DNA of 64,000 nucleotides from Escherichia coli (GTDB lineage Bacteria; Pseudomonadota; Gammaproteobacteria; Enterobacterales; Enterobacteriaceae): NCBI RefSeq assembly GCF_045037415.1, contig NZ_CP173440.1; one strand, 5' to 3'. Shown piece by piece: positions 56,786 to 64,000 of this stretch (position 1 is its first letter; each line of letters starts with the position of its first letter). The notes under the pieces were generated by a model. It saw only the letters and a program-made list of their open reading frames with translations, ran no database searches and was not told where the DNA came from. The position numbers and the translations under genes were made by a program.

Positions 56786-58660
56786 ATGAATACATCAGCG
56801 GTATTTGAGTCTGCCGGATTGTCGTTACGTAAGGTCCAACAGGATTATATCGAGGCTGCAGCTGGTGCACTGACTCAGGATCATAAAGTTGCACTGATTA
56901 GTGCTGAAACAGGTGTAGGAAAAACGCTGGGCTATCTGGTACCGGCGCTTCTGATTCTGCTGAAAAACCCTGAGGCAAAATTTGTGATCGCCACGAATTC
57001 TCATGCCCTGATGCACCAGATATTCAGAAGCGATCGTCCTCTCCTTGAACAGATAGCTGAACAATGCGGCATAAAAGTTACTTTTTCCCGGCTTATGGGG
57101 AAAGCAAATTACGTATCCCTGGAGAAAGTACGTGGACTGTTACTCATGGACGAATTTACCGATCTGGATACGGTTAAGGTCCTTGAAAAACTCGCTAACT
57201 GGTCAAAACCTCTGGTTGAGTTTGAAGAAGAGTATGGTGAACTGCCAGCGCAGATCACGCCAGAGATGGTCACCTACTCCATCTGGGATGATATACAGGA
57301 CATTGATGATATTCGCCTGAATGCTCTCAGTGCTAACTTTATTGTTACGACCCATGCGATGGTAATGGTCGACTGTATGTGTAATCACCGCATCCTCGGT
57401 GACAAAGAAAATATGTACCTCATTATTGATGAGGCAGACATTTTTGTAGATATGCTTGAGGTCTGGAAACAGCGGCGCTTCAACCTCAGAGAGTTGACCA
57501 GTGCGTTCAATGAACATATTCCACGTAATGGCGTGCATGTCATCGACCAGTTAATGAACGACGTGACTTCGATAGCGGGCGATCTGCATTTTTGTAGTAC
57601 GCCTGCAGCGGTTGCCTTGTTTGACAATAGCTTTAACGCCTTATCAAAGGTAGGGCGGGAAATAAAAAATGAAGCGGCCCGGAAAGCTTTCTTTGACTGT
57701 ATCTACAGCTGGGAAATGCTCGGATTGTCCGGGGGGCAAAAGGGTGTAGGCGTTTCCAATAAACGTCGTGAACCAGCCCTGATCGCTGTAAACCCGTTTA
57801 TCGGGATGAATGTGGGCAGATACTGCACTCAATGGCGTAGTGCGTTACTGACGTCGGCTACGCTCTCAATTACCAGTACCCCAGAGACCGGAATGGAGTG
57901 GTTATGTAAAGCTCTGGGGTTAACCAGCGATACGATTTCAATCAGGAAAATATTCTCCCCAGACGTCTATGGCTCAATGAAGCTGACCATCGCCGGTGCT
58001 GATTTTCCAAAGGTGTTCGATGACCCGAAAGAACAGATATTTTCAGGTCAATGGTTAAAGGCAGTAGTTGAACAATTGTCCTGTATTCACGGGCCAGCTC
58101 TGGTATTAACTGCCAGCCATTATGAAACCCGGATGATTGCCAATCAGCTGGGTGAGGTCTCGCAACCAGTTTATATTCAGAAAGCAGGTCAGGCCCTGTC
58201 CGAAATTATTAAACAGTATCAGGAGAAACCAGGAATTCTGATTTCTGCCGGTGCTTCTGTTGGTGTGAGCCCACGAGGCGAGAATGGGGAACAGATTTTC
58301 CAGGATTTAATCATCACCCGGATACCTTTCTTACCTCCGGACAGAATGAAGGCTGAAAGCCTTTATGGGTATCTGAAGGAACGAGGCTATAGTCGTACCT
58401 TTGAGGCAGTTAACCGGAACATCTACCTGGAAAATTTGCGGAAAGTTATTCGCAAAGCAAAGCAGTCTGTAGGGCGGGGGATTCGTAGTGAAAATGATAC
58501 TGTCAGGATAATTATCCTCGATCCGCGTTTTCCGGAACCGACTGACCTTTCGTCTAAACATCGGTCGCTGGAACACATTATTCCCGTTCGATTTCGTCGT
58601 GAATATCGTTCGTGTGAAATTTTATCACCGGCGTATTTTGAAGAGGATATCCAGTGTTAA
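56786..58660 (+). CDS. dinG: type IV-A DinG (Csf4) helicase
   Basis: Walker A SAETGVGKTLGY, DEAD box LIIDEADIF, C-terminal helicase motifs (GRGIRS). ATG 56786 follows a GGGGAG SD. Confidence 0.9.
   Translation: MNTSAVFESAGLSLRKVQQDYIEAAAGALTQDHKVALISAETGVGKTLGYLVPALLILLKNPEAKFVIATNSHALMHQIFRSDRPLLEQIAEQCGIKVTFSRLMGKANYVSLEKVRGLLLMDEFTDLDTVKVLEKLANWSKPLVEFEEEYGELPAQITPEMVTYSIWDDIQDIDDIRLNALSANFIVTTHAMVMVDCMCNHRILGDKENMYLIIDEADIFVDMLEVWKQRRFNLRELTSAFNEHIPRNGVHVIDQLMNDVTSIAGDLHFCSTPAAVALFDNSFNALSKVGREIKNEAARKAFFDCIYSWEMLGLSGGQKGVGVSNKRREPALIAVNPFIGMNVGRYCTQWRSALLTSATLSITSTPETGMEWLCKALGLTSDTISIRKIFSPDVYGSMKLTIAGADFPKVFDDPKEQIFSGQWLKAVVEQLSCIHGPALVLTASHYETRMIANQLGEVSQPVYIQKAGQALSEIIKQYQEKPGILISAGASVGVSPRGENGEQIFQDLIITRIPFLPPDRMKAESLYGYLKERGYSRTFEAVNRNIYLENLRKVIRKAKQSVGRGIRSENDTVRIIILDPRFPEPTDLSSKHRSLEHIIPVRFRREYRSCEILSPAYFEEDIQC
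57074..57084. promoter_or_regulatory. intragenic copy of AAAGTTACTTT inside dinG
   Basis: Exact motif encoding KVTF, about 290 nt into dinG. Confidence 0.4.
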
Positions 58661-59361
58661 ATTTTAAACCGTATCGGGTCATCATGTCTTCTCTGACACC
58701 GGTGGTCATCAGTGGGATAGCCCCATCGCTGGACGGCATTCTGTATGAAGCACTGTCTCAGGCGATACCCAGTAACGAGCCAGGAGTCGTATTGGCTCGT
58801 CTTAAGGAAATACTTCTATTCAACGATGAACTGGGTGTTTTCCATGCTTCATCTCTACGTTTTGGCATCACGCCCGAACAGGGGATTGGGGCGACAACAA
58901 GCGTACGTTGCGATTATCTCAGTCCCGAAAAACTGAGCACTGCAATGTTCTCTCCTCGTATCCACAGGGGGGTGTTTACGCGTGTCCTCCTGACCGGGGG
59001 CCCCACGAAGAGAAGGATGACAACCCGTCCAGCTTATTCTGCACCCTATTTAACGTTTGATTTTGTCGGCTCTTCTGAGGCTGTAGAAATACTGCTTAAC
59101 CATGCCCATGTTGGCGTTGGTTATGACTTTTTCTCTGCAGCTAATGGAGAGTTTAACAATGTGACAATTCTTCCTCTCGATATCGACACGAGTATATCCA
59201 ACGAGGGTATGGCATTGCGTCCGGTACCTGTTAATTCGGGTCTGAATGGTATCAAAGGAGTATCACCACTTATTCCTCCCTATTTCGTTGGTGAAAAGCT
59301 AAACATTGTCCACCCAGCACCAGTTCGTACTCAATTGATTTCTTCTTTATTGCGAGGCTAA
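58654..59361 (+). CDS. csf3: type IV-A Csf3 (Cas5-like)
   Basis: 235 aa. Assigned by position and size in the IV-A3 gene order. GTG start overlaps the dinG stop. Confidence 0.7.
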   Translation: MLNFKPYRVIMSSLTPVVISGIAPSLDGILYEALSQAIPSNEPGVVLARLKEILLFNDELGVFHASSLRFGITPEQGIGATTSVRCDYLSPEKLSTAMFSPRIHRGVFTRVLLTGGPTKRRMTTRPAYSAPYLTFDFVGSSEAVEILLNHAHVGVGYDFFSAANGEFNNVTILPLDIDTSISNEGMALRPVPVNSGLNGIKGVSPLIPPYFVGEKLNIVHPAPVRTQLISSLLRG

Positions 59362-59365
59362 TTTC

Positions 59366-60397
59366 ATGAGAACTTTAAACTTCAACGGTAAAATTTCGAC
59401 TCTGGAACCACTGACTGTAACAGTAAAAAATGCGGTCTCAACTTCCGGCCATCGCTTGCCTCGTAACGGTGGATTCAATGCAGCCCCGTACTTTCCAGGT
59501 ACCAGCATTCGGGGAACTCTTCGTCATGCTGCGCATAAGGTCATTGTCGATCGTGTGGGCCTTAATGCAGACGGAAAATCACCTTTCGACCTGGCAGAAC
59601 ATTTCATGCTGGCCCAGGGGGTGGATATCAATGGTGAAGCCGAAACCTTCGCGCCAGGTGAAATCAATGCTGGTGCTGAACTACGTAGCAAAAACCCGTT
59701 AATCAGCTTGTTTGGTCGTTGGGGATTAAGCGGCAAAGTTGGTATAGGGAATGCTATCCCGGATGGTGATAACCAGTGGGGGATGTTTGGTGGGGGTGCC
59801 CGCTCAATTATGTTTCAGCGTGACGAAAGTCTGATGGAGTTTCTTGAGACAGACCAGGTTGATCGTCTGGAACGCCTGCTCGAGGAACAGGCTGAGGCAA
59901 GTGTGGATATCTCTCAGATCAAAACAGAGCAGGATGCACTCAAAAAGGCGATGAAGTCGGCTGATAAAGACACCAAAGCTGAGCTTCAAATCAAAGTACG
60001 GGAGCTCGATGAAAAAATTCAGGCCCGCAAAGATCAGAAGCAGGAATCTCGCGAGTCAATTCGCCGCCCGATTGACCCGTATGAAGCGTTTATCACCGGC
60101 GCAGAACTCAGCCATCGCATGAGTATTAAAAATGCGACTGATGAGGAAGCAGGGCTTTTCATTTCTGCATTAATCCGCTTTGCAGCCGAACCACGTTTTG
60201 GCGGTCATGCGAATCATAACTGCGGTCTGGTGGAGGCTCACTGGACAGTTACGACCTGGAAGCCGGGTGAACTGGTACCAGTTACACTTGGAGAAATCGT
60301 CATCACACCGAATGGTGTTGAGATTACCGGGGACGAGTTGTTTGCTATGGTAAAGGCATTCAATGAAAATCAATCTTTTGATTTCACTGCCCGCTAA
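59366..60397 (+). CDS. csf2: type IV-A Csf2 (Cas7 backbone subunit)
   Basis: 343 aa. RAMP glycine loop FPGTSIRGTLRHAAH. Last gene before the leader. Confidence 0.8.
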   Translation: MRTLNFNGKISTLEPLTVTVKNAVSTSGHRLPRNGGFNAAPYFPGTSIRGTLRHAAHKVIVDRVGLNADGKSPFDLAEHFMLAQGVDINGEAETFAPGEINAGAELRSKNPLISLFGRWGLSGKVGIGNAIPDGDNQWGMFGGGARSIMFQRDESLMEFLETDQVDRLERLLEEQAEASVDISQIKTEQDALKKAMKSADKDTKAELQIKVRELDEKIQARKDQKQESRESIRRPIDPYEAFITGAELSHRMSIKNATDEEAGLFISALIRFAAEPRFGGHANHNCGLVEAHWTVTTWKPGELVPVTLGEIVITPNGVEITGDELFAMVKAFNENQSFDFTAR

Positions 60398-60462
60398 CTC
60401 CAAAAGCTGGTGGATTTTAGTGGCGCTATTTAATATTTTATAATCAACCGGTTATTTTTAGA
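60398..60462 (+). promoter_or_regulatory. CRISPR leader
   Basis: AT-rich 65 bp between the csf2 stop and repeat 1. The degenerate repeat is at the far end of the array. Confidence 0.6.
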
Positions 60463-61404
60463 GTATTCCCCCCGTGTGCGGGGGTTATCGGCAACCTCAA
60501 TTCCTAATGGCTGTCTAAGGAAAGTATTCCCCCCGTGTGCGGGGGTTATCGGCAGGGTTTGCCCTTTTGCACCGCGCAGCGGTCGTATTCCCCCCGAGTG
60601 CGGGGGTTATCGGAGCAACGTTTCCGGATTATATGGCTGGAACGTGTATTCCCCCCGTGTGCGGGGGTTATCGGTGGTGCTCTCAACCGTCACCCGCTGG
60701 CTGGAAGTATTCCCCCCGTGTGCGGGGGTTATCGGTGGTGTTGTCCACGGTCACCCGCTGGCTGGAAGTATTCCCCCCGCATGCGGGGGTTATCGGGCAC
60801 CCTCACGGATACCTTTTGCACAGTGTTAGTATTCCCCCCGCATGCGGGGGTTATCGCCTTAGAGAAGCAAAAACCCCACCGAGGCAGGGGTATTCCCCCC
60901 GTGTGCGGGGGTTATCGGTTACTTTTTGGCAGTTGGTAAAACACTTTTGCGTATTCCCCCCGCATGCGGGGGTTATCGGCGAAAACGGCAACCTTCATAA
61001 AAACGTCTTTTGTATTCCCCCCGTGTGCGGGGGTTATCGGCCGAGATTGAGTAAAGCAAAGTAACGGCGGTGGTATTCCCCCCGCATGCGGGGGTTATCG
61101 GCAGCGTCTGAACGGACGAAACATCCCTGTTGAGTATTCCCCCGTCTGCGGGGGTTATCGGCGAGCGCTCTCCTGGTAAATCGGTAGCTCGGAGTATTCC
61201 CCCCGCATGCGGGGGTTATCGGGCTGGATTTCCGTCAGTTGGTCAGCTGCTGCTGTATTCCCCCCGTGAGCGGGGGTTATCGGTTCCGGACTCCTGTTTC
61301 CGGCAGTGGATTAAAGTATTCCCCCCGCATGCGGGGGTTAACGGCACTACCAGATCCGAATGGACACCCGTAATGAGTATTCCCCCCGCACGCGGGGGTA
61401 TCGA
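60463..61404 (+). CRISPR. CRISPR array: 16 repeats of 29 bp (GTATTCCCCCCGTGTGCGGGGGTTATCGG) and 15 spacers of 32 bp
   Basis: Strict 61-bp period from 60463. Repeat 12 is 28 bp. Repeat 16 is degenerate (GTATTCCCCCCGCACGCGGGGGTATCGA). Confidence 0.97.
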
Positions 61405-61473
61405 CATAAAAACCGCAATGGTGGGGCTTTTGTTATGTGCCCCTACAAGCAGATGGGACTTTTTACAATCAAG

Positions 61474-61486
61474 GAAAGTTACTTTC
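61474..61486. promoter_or_regulatory. palindromic motif copy GAAAGTTACTTTC
   Basis: 69 nt past the last repeat and 233 nt upstream of the SOS box. Confidence 0.5.
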
Positions 61487-61718
61487 TTCAGGATAACCCA
61501 CATTCTGTCAAATCTTGCAGGTTGCAATCAGCAAAGGCCTTACGTCGATAAATTCATGCCTTGAGCTGGTAAGGAAGTATGACGTTATAACTCTGCATTT
61601 CTGGTTGATTAAGGTAGGGCGGCATTCCTGCTTTAAAAACAATCAATAATTTTGAACGGTAGTCGTCTTGATCCCAACTGCTACCTGATGGACTAGGCAC
61701 CTGCAAAGATCCAATTTA

Positions 61719-61738
61719 TACTGGTTATATATACAGTG
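61719..61738 (+). promoter_or_regulatory. LexA (SOS) box
   Basis: TACTGGTTATATATACAGTG versus consensus TACTGTATATATATACAGTA (CTGG-N8-ACAG). Confidence 0.7.
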
Positions 61739-63640
61739 TGCGCCGGGAACCGGTTAGAGATCAAGGGGTGAAAGTCCCCGACCATTGAAGGACCAGCAAT
61801 CCACAAGGTCCCCGAGTCATGCGTTGCATACCGCGAGGTATGGGGCGAAGCGTTGACAGGGGTGTTGACAGGCCAGCCATTGAGCCACGAAATGTATATT
61901 AAATTACCGGGTGCCGACGTTGTACTGTTAACGGAAGGCAACATCATAGGGTGCGATACTGCGAGTGCCACATGGACCCGGCGGGGTCTGAGACCCTGGC
62001 ATGTCAATACGATCTCTACGCGGGAACCGGGAGATCTCCCCTCTGACCATCTGCCAGTGTCGGAGATGGCCCGCACCGGGAAGACGAGGAGTCATAGCCG
62101 GTGATGTACGGAGAGGAGAAGTCGGACTCGCTCATAGTAGCGGCGAAGCAGGCGAACAACCCGAAAGGAGCGGAGTCAGTGGAGCGAAGGAGCGGGGCCA
62201 AGGGGAACGCGGAACAGCCACACATGCGCCGGACACAGAGCCGGGAAAGCATGTCACAGAGGCTGTCACGCGTGCGGGAAGCTGCGAAGCAGCGGAAGAA
62301 AGAACGGTTTACAGCATTGTTCCACCTGCTGACAGTCGAAGCACTGGAAGCCGCATTCCTCTCCCTGAGCAGGAAAGCGGCCGCCGGAGTGGATGGCATC
62401 AGGTGGATGGACTACGCCGGAAACATGAAGAACAACATAACAGATCTGCACCGGAGGCTACATCAGGGCAGCTACAGGGCGCAGCCCGGCAGGCGTCACT
62501 ACATCCCAAAAGCGGATGGAAAACAACGCCCGCTCGGCATCGCCTCGCTGGAGGACAAGATCGTCCAGTATGCGCTGGTGAAAATCCTGAACGCAGTCTA
62601 TGAAAACGACTTTATGGGGTTCTCATACGGGTTCAGACCCGGGCGAAGCCAGCACGATGCACTGGACGCACTGGCCACAGGGCTGGTACGCACTAACGTA
62701 AACTGGGTACTGGATGCCGACATCAGTCAGTTCTTCGACAGGGTGAGCCACGAATGGCTGATCAGGTTCACAGAGCATCGGATCGGCGACCGGAGGGTAA
62801 TCAGGCTCATACGTAAGTGGCTCACAGCCGGGACGTCGGAGGAGGGTCAATGGCGAGCAACGGAGGAAGGCACCCCACAGGGTGCGGTCATCTCACCGCT
62901 GCTGGCAAACATATACCTCCACTACGTCTTCGATCTGTGGGCGCATCAGTGGCGACGTCGCTATGCCACAGGCAATGTGGTAATGGTCAGATACGCCGAT
63001 GACATCGTCATCGGGTTCGACAAACGATACGATGCCCGGCGCTTCCGTATAGCCATGCAGCGCAGACTGAGGGAGTTCGGACTCACGGTTCACCCGGAGA
63101 AAACCCGTCTGATGGAGTTCGGCCGCTTCGCTGCCGAAAACCGTGCCATCAGGGGAAAAGGCAAACCAGAAACGTTCAACTTCCTCGGGTTCACGCACAT
63201 CAGCGGGAAAGATCGCAACGGCAGGTTCATGCTGATACGAAAGACCCGCCGGGATCGGATGACGGCAACTCTGAAAGCCATCAAAGACGGTCTGCGAAGG
63301 CGCTGGCATTACTCAATCCCCGAACAGGGAAAATGGCTCAGGAGAGTGGTTCAGGGATACCTGAACTATCACTCGGTACCGGGCAACTTCCCCACCATGC
63401 AGAAGTTCAGGACACACGTAACAAACCTCTGGCGCCGGGCGCTCAGGCGCAGGAGCCAGAAGGATGATACGACCTGGACGAAAGCAAACAAACTGGCAGC
63501 CGCATGGCTACCAAGGGTTCGGGTTCTTCATCCATGGCCTGTGGAGCGGTTCACCGCCAGACACCCGAGGCAGGAGCCCGGTGCGTAAATCGCGCACGCC
63601 GGGATCTGTGCGGGGGGTATCCGGTAACGGGTATCCCTAC
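61738..63640 (+). mobile_element. group II intron (about 1.9 kb; 3' boundary approximate)
   Basis: 5' GTGCG at 61738. Structured GC-rich 5' domains. RT/maturase ORF in domain IV. 3' GNRA hairpin GGGTATCCG-GTAA-CGGGTATCC (63612-33). Confidence 0.8.
62101..63588 (+). CDS. group II intron reverse transcriptase/maturase
   Basis: 495 aa. RT motifs including YADDIVIGF, plus a maturase (X) domain. No obvious HNH endonuclease domain. Confidence 0.9.
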   Translation: MMYGEEKSDSLIVAAKQANNPKGAESVERRSGAKGNAEQPHMRRTQSRESMSQRLSRVREAAKQRKKERFTALFHLLTVEALEAAFLSLSRKAAAGVDGIRWMDYAGNMKNNITDLHRRLHQGSYRAQPGRRHYIPKADGKQRPLGIASLEDKIVQYALVKILNAVYENDFMGFSYGFRPGRSQHDALDALATGLVRTNVNWVLDADISQFFDRVSHEWLIRFTEHRIGDRRVIRLIRKWLTAGTSEEGQWRATEEGTPQGAVISPLLANIYLHYVFDLWAHQWRRRYATGNVVMVRYADDIVIGFDKRYDARRFRIAMQRRLREFGLTVHPEKTRLMEFGRFAAENRAIRGKGKPETFNFLGFTHISGKDRNGRFMLIRKTRRDRMTATLKAIKDGLRRRWHYSIPEQGKWLRRVVQGYLNYHSVPGNFPTMQKFRTHVTNLWRRALRRRSQKDDTTWTKANKLAAAWLPRVRVLHPWPVERFTARHPRQEPGA

Positions 63641-63672
63641 CGCGACGTTTTTAAGTGATCGGAGGTTGCGCC

Positions 63673-64000
63673 TATGTTCTTAATTCCAATGGAAAATCCT
63701 GAGAAAATCGCCATCCCTTTATTTCTCGAGCGGTGTGCAGCTGGCTTCCCCAGCCCTGCCCAGGATTATACTTCCAGTGAGCTAGACCTGAACGATTATT
63801 GCATCAGGCATCCATCCGCAACATATTTCGTGCGAGCTCAGGGAAACAGCATGCAGGATGTCGGTATGCGTGATGGAGATTTGCTGGTGGTGGACCGTTC
63901 TCTGCGTCCTCAACATCGCGATATCGTGATCGCCGAGGTGGACGGCGGCTTCACTGTTAAACAGCTCCAGACCACTCCCAGACTGGCCCTGTTGCCTATG
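63673..64000 (+). CDS. umuD: UmuD/MucA-like SOS mutagenesis protein (runs off right edge)
   Basis: Not in the track because no stop lies in the window. ...CAAGFPSPAQDY...IRHPSATYFVRAQGNSMQD...GDLLVVD is the LexA/S24 peptidase signature. GGAGG SD 8 nt upstream. Confidence 0.85.

Noticed and set aside
60492-61376. Self-targeting by any of the 15 spacers within this window.
   Set aside because: I found no full match by eye, only the partial spacer-8/operator similarity. A proper search was not possible, so no claim is made.
60476-61564. Three long plus-strand ORFs (117-175 aa) and others with repetitive VFPP.AGVIG / PPVCGGYR peptides.
   Set aside because: They are translations of the CRISPR repeats in three frames. 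The 61-bp periodicity explains the repeated peptides.
61693-62603. ORFs 61693..62076(-), 62001..62603(+) and 62016..62399(-) in GC-rich DNA.
   Set aside because: They lie in the structured 5' domains of the group II intron or overlap its RT ORF in other frames. The high GC content produces long spurious ORFs.
1-64000. Search for cas1/cas2/cas3, a ParA partner for the ParB-like gene, relaxase/T4SS genes, tRNA/rRNA and antibiotic-resistance genes.
   Set aside because: No ORF in the track or in my own reading carries their signatures. Absence applies to this window only.

Overview
This window reads as backbone and accessory DNA of a large enterobacterial plasmid. I saw no rRNA, tRNA or chromosomal housekeeping genes. 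All family names come from motif recognition and memory; no database search was run.

Main content:
1. **Type IV-A3-like CRISPR-Cas locus** (csf1-cas6-dinG-csf3-csf2, 55423-60397), followed by a 16-repeat, 15-spacer array (60463-61404). There are no adaptation or nuclease genes in the window.
2. **A plasmid-wide 11-bp palindrome, AAAGTWACTTT**, present in about 29 copies, almost all just upstream of operons. Six copies cluster upstream of a ParB/KorB-like gene (29775-31016). One copy lies inside dinG, one inside the Dcm-like methylase gene, and one just past the CRISPR array.
3. **Two identical IS110-family copies in inverted orientation** (26440-27770 and 53300-54630). Each split a gene: an iteron-type rep gene and a small P-loop gene. 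They then recombined and inverted about 25.5 kb, and the half-genes can be rejoined by eye.
4. **An EcoRII-like restriction-modification pair** (7372-10079).
5. **An N4/N6 methyltransferase followed by a 1126-aa protein of unknown function.**
6. **A group II intron** inserted between an SOS box and a umuD-like gene.
7. **IS1 and an ISL3-family IS**, each with an intact target-site duplication.
8. **A HigBA-like pair, a YfaE-like ferredoxin and an HNH endonuclease.**
9. **A run of about 40 co-directional small ORFs of unknown function** (27.7-49.3 kb).
10. **Two apparent pseudogenes.**
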